Assembly (NCBI GenBank): GCA_951406725.2
Contig: OX597814.1
Location: 52,266,001-52,330,000 of the forward strand
DNA: 64,000 nucleotides
DNA from: Octopus vulgaris
Lineage: Eukaryota
Direction of reading: 5' to 3'
The notes under the pieces: model-generated
Databases searched by the model: none
Seen by the model: only the letters and a program-made list of their open reading frames with translations
What the model was told of the DNA's origin: nothing
In this document: positions 36,915-51,582 of the stretch, piece by piece
How the letters are laid out: each line of letters starts with the position of its first letter
Numbering within the stretch: the first letter of the stretch is position 1
Program-made: the position numbers and the translations under genes

Positions 36915-37818
36915 TTGGGTCGTCCCATAAATAATGTGGTTTTTCAAATGCATGAACTATAAGCTGCATCAACTTGCTATAAAAGCTGGTAGTAATTTTA
37001 CCCTGTACTTAATCATAGTGCAAATTTTGAAGAGTGCAATTCAATTTTAACAGTTATTTTGTCAAAGCTATAATGGAAGTGACAAAAGAGCATATTTTGC
37101 TTTATGAGTTCAATAAAGGCAGCAACACAAGAGTTGTGAGGAATATTAATGCAGCTATATGGGGATCGGACAATAAGCGTAAGCTAGTGTCAACGGTGGT
37201 TCCAGAAATTCCGAGCTGGAAACTACAGCCTGCAAGATAAGCCTTGTCCTGGAAGATCTGTAGCGTTTAATAAGGACATCCTGCAAACCCTGGTGGAACA
37301 AAATCCCATCATAACTGTTGAGGAACAAGCAAAGATGCTTGGATTTGGTCATTCAACCATTCATTGACACCTGTGTGTCATTGGAAAATGACTATCCTTA
37401 GTTTCAAGACAGAAGGTATTCTTCCATTAGGATTGGCAAAATACAGTGAGGATGACATTCCAAAGGTTGGAGCAGTTTGGGAAACAATGCCCCCACCACC
37501 ACCACCACCACCATATTAGCTGGACATTGCCCCATCTGATTATCATTTATTCTGCAGTCTTCAAAATCATTTGGACAGAAAAAGTATGAATTCTGTAGTT
37601 GAGGTCAGAACAGTACTAGAGGAGTATTTTTCTTCATGGATAAGTGAATTTTGGAAGATGGGCCTAAGCCTAACCCTTGCAAGTCTACCAGATAGCTGGA
37701 AGAGCATTGTAGAAAATGAAGGAGAGTATATTTTAGATTAAAAAAGAACCTTGTTTATCTTAATTTCGAAAAATAAAAGAAGTATAAAAATAACTGCATT
37801 ATTTATGGGATGACCCAA
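36915..37818 (+). mobile_element. Internally deleted mariner with both TIRs and TA TSD
   Basis: TA|TTGGGTCGTCCCATAAATAATG ... CATTATTTATGGGATGACCCAA|TA. Transposase remnants MEVTKEHILLYEFNKG and DIAPSDYHLFCSLQN. Confidence 0.9.
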
Positions 37819-38399
37819 TATATATACACAAACACACACACATACACAGAAATACTTTGATTTAGTGATTATATTGGTCTAAATTTGAAATCGTTGAGTG
37901 AAATGCTAATTAAGAAATAATTTTATATTGATACTGATGAGGTTTCACATGAGTTATGTTTAAAAATATTAAATGAGGAGCATTTAATAAATAATATGAA
38001 ATCAATCATTTACCCATAAAAAGAAAGGAACATAGTTCTATTTTTTATATTCATGATTCAGTGTCTGTTGACATTCGTTTTCAGTTTGTGATCTGATGTT
38101 GCTTTGCTGCTAGTATTTAATTATTTGTTGAATTTTTTGTCTCTTTCTCTGTCTTGCTCTCATTTTTTCTCTTATAGCTTCAAGAATTTTATGTTCTTTC
38201 TTTACTTCATAAATTTCTTGATAGCAGGTATGTAATTTAGTTAGATCTGCTGTAATTTTTGTATTTGAAATTTGGATCTTGTGATTTGAAAATATCAGTC
38301 CCTTTTCAAATGTGAAAATGTTTTGTTGAACTCTTTAAGAGTGAAAGAATAAACAGGAGTTTCCATTGTTAGATCTTTTTCGGCTGTTTCATGATGGTC

Positions 38400-39300
38400 T
38401 TCCATTTGATTTAAGTTTTTGTGAGTACTTGTTTGTGTAACTGAAATAAATCATGTCATTCCAAGAAACATCAATGTGTATTTGATTAGAATTGTCAAAG
38501 ATTACTTCTATTTAATTTTGAACCATCCTTACTGCATTTACACTTGAATTTGTTTGAGAATCCTTTTAGTTTTACTTGACCTAGAATGTTGGATGATTCT
38601 CAAAATAATTTTATTTGTGGGTCTCTTCCCTTATCAATTAGCTGATCAAAAAATGTGTGCCGAAAATAATATGTTTTAAGCATTTCAATAATACCTTAGC
38701 TCATTGTTTGCAAAAGTGATGTATTTAGCAGCATAAATATTAATCTAATATTTAAAGACTGATGTTGTAGAAATTGTGTGTAATAGGATGTATTATGTAT
38801 AGCTATAAGTACATGAAATGGATTCTTTTTGTTTTCACGATATTTTTTTCCTTCAGGCACAAAGTCATGAAAAAACAATCTTCATACTGTGTAGCAGTAA
38901 TAAGCATTGTTTAAATCTTTCTATATAGCTAAGTGTAGTTTTTCTATGAAACCTCTTAAACACTTTAGCATTTTTAGTGTGCTGCACATGCATGAGTCTT
39001 AAAACTTTGTCTCTAGTCACATGAACTCCAAACAATAATGTTAATTGATCTTTAGATACTTTCAAAATCAGGCATAATTGATGTTCCTTTTGTAATGTGG
39101 CTTCTTGCTAATATACTCTTCCAAAATATGTGCTTTTTGTCGATATAAACAATTTGTGAAAATGTGTAATAATTGTTTCGGGAAGAAATTTACTGCATGA
39201 AGACTGGCACTTGCAGCTTCTCTTTGCACTTTTCATTGTGCCAACCAGCTCGCATATTTCATATCTACTAAATAAAATGTTGCTTGGACTAGATGTTTTT
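38400..39300 (-). mobile_element. Decayed pogo/Tigger-like transposase fragment
   Basis: KVSKDQLTLLFGVHVTRDKVLRLMHVQHTKNAKVFK resembles the Tigger KDRLTLLLG-NA-GD-KLKP motif. Boundaries are approximate. Confidence 0.65.
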
Positions 39301-39825
39301 CGTGGCCATGGTCTTCGTATATTTAAGTATCTTAAGAATAGACGAAGCTTTGCACAAGGAAGAGTGTGTAATAAGCCTGTTGTTTAAACATTGTGTTTAG
39401 TTATTCATGTCAATAAGTAAGAAAGGCTGGCCTATATTAATGTATTCATGGACATTTCAAAGACTGCAAAATTTTTTTGCATTCATGAACATTCTAGATA
39501 AGTCTTGTATGGTGTCAAATTTAATCTCACTGTGTGGCAACTCAGGCAAGTGTCTTCTGGAGGAAAACTAAAAGATCATTGTGTGTGTATGTGCATCTGT
39601 CTGTGTTACTCTAGATAATCGTTCAGCTATGGGTGGGGATGTTGCAAGCATTTCCCCTGTCAATGGTTCATCTGCTGGCTTTGTGCCTTTTGAAGACTTG
39701 TGGGATAAAATATCCCTTGCATGAAAATTGGGTAAGGGTTAGTAACAGGAAAGACATCAAGTTGTAAATGTCTTGATAATATATTCATTCAATCCATGCA
39801 AAAGTAGAAAAATGGACAAAAAAAC

Positions 39826-40205
39826 ATATATATGTATGTATGAATATATATATATATATATATGAATGTATGTATGTATGAATATATGCATATATGTATG
39901 TATGCATATATGTATGTATATTTGTATGTATGTATGAATGTATGTGTACATGTATGTATGTATGAATGTATGTGTACATATATGAATGTATGTATGTATA
40001 TATATGTGTGTGTGTATGTATATATGTATGTGTATTAATATCTGTATATGCATATGTATGTATATACATATATATGCATGTATATGTGTTTGTATATAAT
40101 GTATATGCTTACCAATGTCTATGATATAATGTATATGTATGATATACATGCATACATTTATATATACACATATGTGTGCATGTATGGTTATACATATATT
40201 TATAT
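39826..40205. repeat. Degenerate (TATG)n/(TA)n/(TG)n microsatellite
   Basis: Direct reading of the sequence. Confidence 0.9.
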
Positions 40206-43200
40206 AAAATCATAAGTGTATTTTATGCAATATATTTAAATACATTTTGTGAGTGGTGAAACCATGAACATACAGATTGGTTTAGTTATGATGTAATTTA
40301 TCATATGATAAACTCAACACATTTTGCCCTGTATGTGTGTATGCATGATTATAGAGGTGTTATGGTATCTGTAATATTATATCTAATGCATACAGTGTGT
40401 ATAAAAACATGTGCATATATGTGTTTAGTGCATACATGCATAGCATCCATATATTGACATACATATATTCAAATCTACATATATATATCAATTTCATGAT
40501 CACTGCTCAGCAATCCGTATGGTGCTCTATATTATTTTTGTATTTCTCCCCACTCTACCATCGTTTTTCTTACACTCCAGTTCTCCATGAGTTATCTTCT
40601 CTTTATTGTCCTGCTGTAACTGTAATCTATATATTTTTTCTGTTATATCATGGACAACACAATTAAGTTTTCTCTGTAAGTGGTCCAGTTTTTATTGTAA
40701 TTGTTTCCTTTTCAATATTTTTTTTTATATGTCCACAAAATACATAAAGCTAATGTTTTTGCTTATGTTGATTAATCTGTTTCCCTGAAATTTCCCATTT
40801 TGGTTCAATGCTTAGTTCTGGTCAAATGTAAAACCTAGTTATTTATAAAACCTTATTGCTATCAACCAATCTGCTCGCCGTCCATTACTTTCCCCTCCTT
40901 GTCATCTCCTGTTAGGTGTGCCAAAACTTGTCATTTTTTTTTTCTTTTCTTCCCCTCTACCTCCAAATTTATAGCATGTTATGTCATACTCATTAAAATA
41001 TATTTATGTAATGTAATTTCTTAGATTGCTTCCCTTCTTTGTTTTCTTGTGCAATAATTCTCCTTTATTCTCAAAACTTAGGTTAAAAATACATTTTGTT
41101 CGCCTCTAATGTTTTCAAACTTTTTCCAGTGAGCTTAATTCTAAATATTCATATTTGAAATAGATCAGCTTTCTTTTTCTTTTTTTTTTTTTTAAACAGT
41201 AAATTAAAACTTTGTTCTGACTCTTTTTACCAAATGTAGCTAATTCTACTGTTCCTGAAGTTTTCTAATTTTTGATTTCTAACTTTGTTATAAAATTAGG
41301 TAAACAACTTGACAAAATGAACACTTGTATCATTCATTAGTATGAGAGGTTTATTTTACCTATCAGTATGTTTTTGATATTGAATAGTTTAGATCTAATT
41401 TCTCGATGGAGCAAGAATCCTCAGTCAATGTAGAATTGCTGAGAATAGATATTTTGAAGACCTAAGATATGGGTAAAAATGTGTGGCCTAGTCGTTAAGA
41501 TGTTGCACTCATGATAATAAGATTGTGGTTTTGATTCACAGGCTGGTGGTGCATTGTCTTAACTTCATGTTGCTTTAATCCACTTAGCTGTAAATGGGTA
41601 ACACTGCAATGGACTGCTGTTCTCTTCATGGGGAATGCTGGCCTGCTTACCTAGCCAGCAGGCTGGCATCATTCAAAAGTTGCAATAATGCAAGGAAGTG
41701 CATTTTGACCAGCAGTGTATAACAACACCTGCTTGATGCAGTGACAGTACTGGACTTCACCATTTTGGACTATTTTAACATGTTTCTGTTAATAGTATGA
41801 ATATATTCAAATATAAAATAACCATTAAGCAATTTCATTGGGAATTGTTACGGTTTTACGATAGACTATACCAAAAGCATCAATTATAGTTATACCCTTG
41901 AGTCATGGTTTTGTATGACAGATGCACAAATCTAAGCAACTTGTAAATTTTCTTTAATTTTATAGAGTATTTCAGATAGGTTGGTAATGAAAGGATTAAC
42001 TGCTCCTTCAACACTGTTATTTGGATGATGTCTAAAATTCCTTCCATCCAATGACACACACTTTTGGATAAGTTTTACTTTCAAACTCAGTTTTGCTTAT
42101 TCTTTGTGGTCTTTTATTTATGAAGTTGATTTCACAAACATATGGGTTAATATTCTACTTAGGTTGGAAACATTCCCATAGAGATGCATATTGTTTTAAA
42201 ATGCTTTCTTTTAGTAATTTCATCTTTGTAAACATCAGCACTTTAGTTCAAGTCTCTTTTGAGTCTAACCTTACTGTCACTCAAGCACATTTATAATTAG
42301 CTATGATTTATGTTCGATTTATTGATATATAATAAAAAAAATTACTTTTCCACATATAAGGTTACAATCTATTTGGGATAAAAAAGGAGTCAGAATTTTT
42401 TTTTTTTTGTTAAACAAACTACTTTTACATCTTCTAATTTATCACTCACATTTTTTATAATCTCTGTATTTATCTACCCTACCCACCCCACCCCTTTTTT
42501 GTTCACACCAAATCTTCCCATGTTACTTGAACCCGCTTCTTTTGAACATTCATGAAAAACCAATACATAAGAGCACAATTGATTTGATACATGTCAGCTA
42601 CAATTTTGGTACACATCCTTTATGATTGTATATAATGAATCATAATATGGTGTTGAGTTATATTAATGCTGTGACATGTCATTTTTTAAAACCTGGATTA
42701 CACAATTTATTCCAACTTTTGGTAGAGTTGGTAAAATGAAGTCAAGTTTTTTTTAAATTTTTATTTTAACATCCTATCCTTCATGTCTGGTTTTGAGAAC
42801 ATAACCTCTTAATTACATTTCTGTTTCTCAATTAATTAATGAGTGGTAAAGGTTGAAACTAATCTTTTGGGTTATTATTTATATTCTTTGGTCAATATAT
42901 TCTCTGCAAGTCTTCAGGTGCGATATTCTATGTAAATATTTCTTTTGGATAGGACTAAACACCTAAACTTATATCACAACTTACAGAGTTCAACATTGGG
43001 AAGAGATGAGACTATAATGATTAAAATACGGTGGTGGGATCATTAAAACCCACAAAAAATGAAGTAAATATTCTGTGCAGTCTAAAAACTACTTGGAGAT
43101 CTCTCTTTATCCCTATCATAATGAAATGATAAACCAAAGGTGAGCAAAAGTAATTGCATGCATGTGTGTATGTATGTGTGTGTGTGTATATGTGTTCACA

Positions 43201-45654
43201 ATCTAACCTACTAACTGGCAAATATGAGGTCAGATGACCAACTTAGCTTCCACACAATCTATTCTTGTGGTTGAATATCAAGTTTTTGGGGAGCAGATAA
43301 TTTCTGCCATTGAAATTTTCCTAAGAGCAGCAGGTATCTGTCATGTGCTGCATACCTTTCTGAGACTATTCAATAATTACTTGACATTCAAACCGATTCA
43401 GTCCACTGGCAACTCTGTGAAAGTTGCAGATACAGCAGCACACTTTTTCTTTTTTTTAATCTTTCCATCAACTTTTGCTTCTCTGGCTTTTGGTGGAAAA
43501 CGATTTTTTCTTAATTTTTGCATTATTATCGTAGTGTCAATAATGATATTTCATTATTTTATCAAATGTATAAATGTAAGATATACTATTTAATTGTAGA
43601 TTTTCTTAGTTCTTTGTCGATGTCTACAGTATGAGTTTCTGGTATTTTTCTATGCTTCAGTCATTTTTGGAGCATGGTTTGATTGTAAATATTGAAAGAA
43701 AAAACAAACAATTTGTTTGGTATTTAGAAACACTTGAGAATAGAATTTGGTATTTTCTATTCAATCACCAAATAATTTTGTGGAGCAATCAATTACTTTA
43801 AGAATTGTATCAGTATTGAAATAGGTGGTGGTTGCAAATTTCCACAGAATTGTTAGATAACAGGAGTTTTATTTAGTGCTGTCTGGTATGTATATATATA
43901 TTTTATATATGTCATGATGCAAGTTATTTTGGTCTGTGCTGTCAGAAACTAATTCAAACAGTTTTGAATAGTCTTGAATAGCTAGACATTTTCTGCTGTA
44001 TATTGCTTTTAAGTACATGGAGTTGGTATTTGAGAGTTGCTGCATAAGAGCGATGCTTCAAATATTGTGGACACTTTTTGAAGACTGTTATATCAGTCTT
44101 TTTTTTCTCTCTCTTGCATGTCTTGTATATATTAGTTGTGTGGACTTTTCAAGTTGGTTGCTGTGTTATATACACATTCTATTCCAATTGTCTCTTTAAT
44201 CAGGTTGTTATATCATCTTTCTTCTGTCTACATTATTATTGTGTTGGGAACTTGATTTCATTTCTATCCTATTTTGGATCTCTTCTTGTCTTATATTCCA
44301 CTAGTATATCTGCTCTAAAGTAACCAGACGGTTACACTGCTCTGTCAATTTAATTAATATTTTTTAATCCATCTCTACTTCATAAAAGACAATGAAATTA
44401 TTGTATGTCTGACACCCCACAACAAACTCTCAGGTTTGCTACATACATATATCAATACACTAACATTCATATGCACACACAACACACAGACATATATAAC
44501 ATAGTATTTCCCTGATTTTTACATCTTATACTTTTCAAGGGGATATGTGATCTTGGTTGATCTACATCAAACCAATGTTTTGTTCTTTTATTTTTTAAAG
44601 ATTTTATGAATGGATGACATATTTTTTCTGAATTTTTGAAGTCTTAACAGCATACCTGTATAAAAGGGTGTTGGGTGAATTTCTTTCAGATTTATTTTTC
44701 AGGCTTTTTAACATGGTAATTTGCCCTAACTCTAAGATGCTGTTCAATCACAAACTCAAATATCAACTTATCATGCAAAATGCGATTTGTTCCTTTCTTG
44801 ATGTTTTTTAAAATTATTTTTTTATCCCAATGAGTCCTAGTTATCTTAGTTGATGTACTTATTTGAACATCTCTTTATATACTTGTAAAGAAAAACAAAA
44901 ATAAAAATACCATATGAACTGGTTTAAAGAAAAGAAAATGCCCCACTCGTCAAAAACATTTTCCAAAATATCTTTGTTCTTAAAATTTTAAAGTTATACA
45001 ATATATTTTAAAGACATTATATTGAAAATAAAATAAAATTAAAATTTCCTTTCCTTCTGCAATATTTTCTGGCTCTTGAAATTAGAAGTTTATTTTTGTG
45101 AACTGTTGGAAGGCCAACTTAATGGTCTAGATAGAGGATTCAACAACTAGCTATCAATACCACATCTTGCGCTACAAGTTTGTCATCCAGAATTGTTGAG
45201 AGACCCCCAGTAGCCAATATTAAGGTATGAACCTACTAGTGGTGTTGTTTGAAAGGTTAAGGTGTTACAAGCCAATGATGTAAAGATAGACTAGTTGACA
45301 AATTCTTTTAGCTTCCATAATTGTTACTAAGCCAAAACCATTAACAGCTGTTTCCCAATTGTATTTTCTGCTCGAGATGCTGTCATCTTGATTATTTCGG
45401 TCTAACACTTTCAGCTATACTAGGTATAATTTAAAGGACAGTTCTGTATCTGTTTATGTTATGACCTCATTACCTAAACAGCTTTCACACTTCTGCTATG
45501 TACTTTATAAATTGTGTCCATATGTGTGTGTGTGTGTCTAGGTGTAATAAGCTCTTTATAGATATTTCCAAAAATCTGCATGGTAACAATTCTCTACACC
45601 ACCTTTTGGAGTAGTGTTTTTCTTTGTTACTTTTGTGCAGAACTATTTTTCTAA

Positions 45655-46015
45655 ACAGGCTGTTTATGTGGGCTAAGAATTGCACTTTATAATCACATGC
45701 TTTTTGTTGGATTCTACTGTGTGGCACTCTGGGCAAGTGTCTTCTACAACAGCCTCTGGTTGACCAGTTAACTTTGTGAGTGGAATTTCCTAGATGGAAA
45801 CTGCTTAGAAGCCCATCATGTGTGTGTGTGTATGTGTGTAAGAGTTCATGGTTTAAAACCAGTGTAGTTTATGTTAGATTGCTTTATGTGTCCCCTAACA
45901 TAGCAGTTCAGCAAACAGAAATTAAAAATAAGTACCATACCATAAAATACTTGTGGTTGAGTGAATCCTTGAAGGCAGTGCCCCAGTATGGCCACAGTCC
46001 AATGAATGAAAGTTA
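45655..46015 (+). mobile_element. SINE copy (18668 family)
   Basis: GGCACTCTGGGCAAGTGTCTTCTAC...GTGAGTGGAATTT...GTGCCCCAGTATGGCCACAGTC. Confidence 0.7.
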
Positions 46016-47029
46016 AAGATAACTTAGCTAAACACACACACACATAGAATAATGGGTCACAGCTTTATTACTTATTGCCCAGTTTTAGTGCCAACTACAG
46101 AATTGTTCTTTTCTTTATTGTTTTGGTTAATCTTGTTGACAATTTCTTGATGGATATGATTTTGTAAAATAAAATTTTCAAGCTGTTATGTCTTTTTCTT
46201 TTTCCTTATTGAAAAAAAAGCAACAAAAATGTTCAACTTGCTATCATGAAATACTTCCTTTCTGTTGAGGGCTCAATCAATCTTCTCTTTTCTCACAGCA
46301 ATAATAGATTTGCTATCAACAAGAAATTTGTCCTTGTGTTGTCATGAAATACAAGATTTTACTAAATATTTTGATTTAAATATGACTTGTGGCTGAAAAG
46401 CTTGCTTCCCAACCAATGTGGTTTTGGGTTCACTCCCACTGTGCAGCATCTTGGGCACATCTTTTCTACTATAGGCAACTTAAATGGCTGGAGGCACATA
46501 ACTTTTCTACAACTAGAGGGAGGAAAACAGCATGGTCAGTTAATTTTGTAAGCAAAAATTCCAGAACAAAATTCTACTGGCAGAACCTTGGACAAGGCAG
46601 AATTATCCTTGTTAGATTGCTTCCAGTTATGTTCATGACCTCTGCTTGTAGCATTTTCCTAGTTGGCAAATGGATAATTCCATGTTTTTAACATGAATTT
46701 ACTCTGATGAGGACACTGACTAAACATTTCTTTTCTGAAGGTCCCCAGGTTAAGTGAGTTTTTCAGGTTTCTTGTTCTTTTGACCTGGCAAAGCTTATGT
46801 TGTTTTCTCCTGTACAGGTGGGGTGCTAGGAGTCTCCATTTAATTATGTATGGTGTGCGTTTGTCTTTTAAACACCATATGTGCCTAGGGACGTGATGTT
46901 GCATCGCTCTGGTATTCTAAAGGAATGCTTGATGATGCCTGTAAAACTGACATATTCCTGTATCTGTGCCCTTGTGTTGATGGTGTTACAGTTGCATATG
47001 TGTGTGTGTGTATACATACACATGCATGC

Positions 47030-47965
47030 CTACTAAGGGCCATAAACCAAATTTGTGGCTGGTGCAAAGTACCAGCCAGACCTTTGGCAATATGGTGGTG
47101 GAACAGTGAAGGAGACAATGACATAAAAGCAAAGAAACAGGCCTGGAAGGACTAGAGGAATTGGGTAGCAGAGAAACATATTTAGCTAGAAGAAAAACAT
47201 ATTTAGCTGGGGGAGAAACAGAAAGGAAGAAATTTGCTAATGTTATGTGGCATGAGGTGTTCTTAATTGTGTGTCAGCGAAAATCATGATGTAGGAGAGA
47301 AGTGTGTTGGGATGGATAATAATACACTTGCACATAGCGACTCTGAAAAGAAGATTCATGGAGGTGCCACTATGAAAGGCTGCCAATGTGGAAAATTAGG
47401 AGAGTTTTCCTAATGTGGATCCGAAGAGCGACCAGCTACCTGAGTTGACGGCTGCATGGTAGAATAGAAAATTAAGGATATGAAGACAAGGAAAGCCCCT
47501 GGCCCATGAGGAATTACTGCTGAGTGCTTAAAATATCTGGTGGAGTTTGATACACCTTAGTCATCTGCATGATTAATTAGGTCATGTAGGAAGGGGGTCT
47601 AAAGTAGAATTAGAGAAGAAATTTCAAGTGTGGAAGCAAGGTCTGGAATCAAAGGCCCTTAGAGTTAATTTAGCAAAGATCAAAGTACTAGTAAGCAGGA
47701 AAGCAGACAAATTACTAATCTTTTCAGGGAAATAACCCTACTTGATATGTAAGAAAGGTGTAGGTAGAAATTCTATTGAATGTACCCATATGAAGATAGT
47801 TACATAAGTGCTGATCTCTAAATGTGGAGTGAACCTGTGGAAGAGGAAGGCACAGGATGAAGTGATGAAAAATGATCCAAAGAATCCAAGTCTCCTAGAG
47901 ATGATAAAGGACCAAGATGATTGGCAATTTACTATGCTTGAAAAGACCTGTCTAGCTCAGTAAAA
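47030..47965 (+). mobile_element. Decayed RTE LINE, several internally deleted segments
   Basis: IWWWNSEGDNDIKAKKQAWKD, MKTRKAPGP.GITAE and WKQGLESKALRVNLAKIKVL are RTE ORF motifs. Confidence 0.75.
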
Positions 47966-50233
47966 TTGAGGCTATAAAGGCATGTTCCCACCCCCACTTG
48001 TGCTCACCAGTTGCTGTCCACATCCCCTCTATCTCCCAATCACCTGTTAGATTTCTTCCCCACATATCCACCTAAAAACCCTCTATTTCTGTTCACTCAC
48101 TACATTCCTTCCTCTACACCTCCTACTCTCCTTTTGTAATCTTGCAAACTTACCCAACAACACACCTTATCCAATCCTTGGTCCCACTTCACATATATAC
48201 TTCCCTTAACTTGAGTGTTCTCATCTCTTGTCTCTTTCCTACTGCTCCTATTTCATTACCTTCTGGTATCTTGAGAAGCTCTGGCATCTTGTAACCACTA
48301 TCTCTATCATCTTTCCAGTTACCCACCCTTATGATTATTTTCACCATTAATTGAAAGATACAGCTAATGTATTTCATACAATATAATTAGAAAAAAGTTA
48401 AACTGTGTCAAAAATGAGCCAATGAGGAATGATTTGTGTGCTCACTTATATCTATTAGAAATCCTTCTCAACTATACACTGCCATCTTAGAAAAGGACAT
48501 AAGGGTGATTTGGGGTTTTCTGTTCATAAAAAAAAAGGATGGATAGTCATAGCCAAACTGCCTTTGATCACCAGCATAAACTGAAGCTAAACAACAACAA
48601 TAACCAGGTCAAAATATTGGCCTGGAGGGAGCTGTCTCTTACTCTTGGGCAAGACTGTGCTGGAAAGGTCATTGTTGTGCTCTCCCTTTTTTGGCTTTCA
48701 ACAGGGGTACATGCTTTCACCACCTTTGTATCTGTCTGCACATTAAGGCCCCACTACAGCTGCCAGCTTCCAAGTGTGCTGGCTGTGTATGTTTGCTTAC
48801 TCAACATGCCCAGCTTTCATTTTGAGTGACAGGAAGAGTGTCCAGATGCAAAACAATGCCTCAATAGTATATTCATCACACTCATTGTAGCATGGAAAAA
48901 CAGATTCAAAAGCAAACAAAGAAAGAAAGAAACACTGGCAAATGGCCACCATTTTGGAACAGGAATATCATCAATGTGACTGACTTGATTACTTGATTGC
49001 TAATTTATCAGCCTTGGAAAAAATGAAAAATAAAGTTTGTCATGGTAGGATTTGAACAACATTGCCAGGCATAACCAGTCTACTGCTATACAGGTTAATA
49101 TAAGAAAGAAAGAAAAGAAGAAAAAAAAGAAAGGCATCCAAAATATAGGATTGACAATATTTAATGTAATGGTTACAGTAGTTTACTGATGATATTTCAC
49201 TGACTTACAGGAATTTATTAGTTGATTATGGCTTTGTGGAATTGTTCCGTACAGTAATGTAACTTACATGTAACTATATTATGTAACTATTATGGTGTTA
49301 GTGGTGGTGAGTCCTATAAGCCATTGGGTCATGGAAGAAGCTTTTAAGAATATGTCATTCTACTCCAAACTATACTCATGAGGCAAGTTAAACTCATAAG
49401 AGGATGCTAACAAAACAGTCACCAGTTTTATACTGCTGCCATTGCATACAACAGCAAAGTGAACCATTTCACCAAGTAATCGTGTAAACCATTTCAGCAT
49501 GAAATCAAACAGCTTGGTGGACTGGGGTGTTTGAAGGTTAGGTATCTAGGCACTGGACATAGTGCAGTGCCAGTCACAGGATATGATGTCTTCTTGTTTT
49601 GACTGAGTATGTTGGAGATTTAACATGAAAAATCTATCTTCAGCTTACAAAATGATAATGGCTTATAAATTATACATTTTATTTTCATACATAGGATCTG
49701 ATGACTCAGTTTTCTTATTGATCATCTACAATCAACAGTATTCATCAATGGGTTATTAACCCTATTGAATTCTTAGTTGGCAAAAATGAGAATAGTACCA
49801 CTCATGCTTTTCCAAGAGATATTAGTTATGTATATGAAATGGTTTCCAGCCACAAACTGAAACCAGGTAACTTACTTACACAACTGCATGCAGTACTAAA
49901 TCATATTAAGAGAAAACAGAGGTACTAAAGCTTCTATTACTGAATAAGCTTGTGCAGCAATGAACTGCTGTTTTAAACATATATTGTGCTTACATTTAGA
50001 ATGCAAATGTAGTAGCATTGAGAATTATGCAAATAAGTCTTTATTAATGATGTATCTTGAAGCAAATTGAGCAATAAATAATAGCTTATAATACATTGAG
50101 TTAAAAAGTTTTAGAATGGAAAAAAGTCAAAAAGCTACTCGCAAGACCCAAACCATGCATCTTCTGTAACCCAGCCAGATGTGCTACCAATTACAGTAAA
50201 GCAGCTTTTTTTCCATCAAATTAAATGCTCTAA

Positions 50234-50867
50234 ATATTTTGAAACACTTCTTGAATGTATGTGATGAGCAGTTTTTCTGTTTCCTTTAGCATTGAGAAAT
50301 ATTTGATGTAAGAAGGAAGAGAGACTGCTTTAGTGTAATGGGTAGTAAGTCTGTGTTATAGAAGATGTATGTTTTGTATCCCACAGGCAGCTATCTACCA
50401 ATTTTCCATCTTAGGGAGTTTTAACTCAGTGCATTATAAGCTATTATTTATAGCTAATTTCACTTCAAGACACTTCATTATACACATTATATCTGTTCTT
50501 AATGATTGCATATGATGTACATAAAATGTGACAATTTAGACATTAACAGACAGGCTCAACATAACACTTCAGTGAATATGCTACTGTGTCAGATAATCAC
50601 ACATGACAGTGAAATATATGACCTGTTAATGGATTTAATAGATTGAGAATGATAGAGGGAATTGAAAATGATGAAGATGAAACATGACACTTGGTTTAAT
50701 GTTTGGAAGTTAAAATAAAATCTAATGCAAATTACATTTCATTTTTATTACCATTATCATTTAAATATAATTGATATAACAAAAGTGTGGATGTGTGCCT
50801 CCATGAAAGGAAACAGAAAAACTGCTCATCACACCATCACATACATTCAAGAAGTGTTTCAAAATAT
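50234..50867. repeat. Inverted repeat pair: 50234-50287 and 50806-50867
   Basis: 54 bp of exact complementarity apart from an 8-bp duplication-type insertion in the right arm; 518-bp spacer. Confidence 0.9.
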
Positions 50868-51532
50868 ACATATAACAACCAAGTGTCACTGTTCCTAAAG
50901 TGGTAGCAACCCCAGTGCATACCATTCCTAGAGTGGGAGCAATAAAAATTTCTAGCACACAAAGTGACAGCAGCCATATCAACAGCCTCTCTAAAAGAGG
51001 TAGCAAATATGGAGCATTCACGGAGATGGTGTAGATGAAAAATCATCTTAGTGTTTTTTTTTTTTGTTCTTTCCGTCATTGTTTCTAACTATTTTTCTAT
51101 ATGGAATATAATCATAATCCTCATCAGTTTAATGTCCATTTTACCCAGCTGGTATGGGTTGAACGAGTTGTGGAAAATGATGTAATTTGGAATGGTAAAA
51201 ATATTGATTTCTTTATTCATATTATACACTTTGCTCTTAGCCAAAAGCCAAGTATAATGAGCTCTTTGACAAAGCACAAGGCCAATCTTTTTATTTTTAA
51301 TGAATGGACCCAGTGTATTACTGAGATATATTTTACCAAAACCCTAAAAGGGATGAAAGGCAAAGTCAACCTCGGTGTGATTGGAAAACAGAAAGGCAAG
51401 ACAACCAATTCAAATGCTTTGAAGCACCCAAGTTGGCTCTCTGCTATCTGTACCATCTTCATCGCTCTAAAATGACTAAAAATAGAACTAATAATAATAA
51501 ATTAAATTTTCAAGCTTTTAGTTACAAATTTT

Positions 51533-51582
<50 letters not shown>

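Noticed and set aside
43234-43593. 119-aa plus-strand ORF
   Set aside because: T-rich composition, no recognisable domain, no flanking splice signals.
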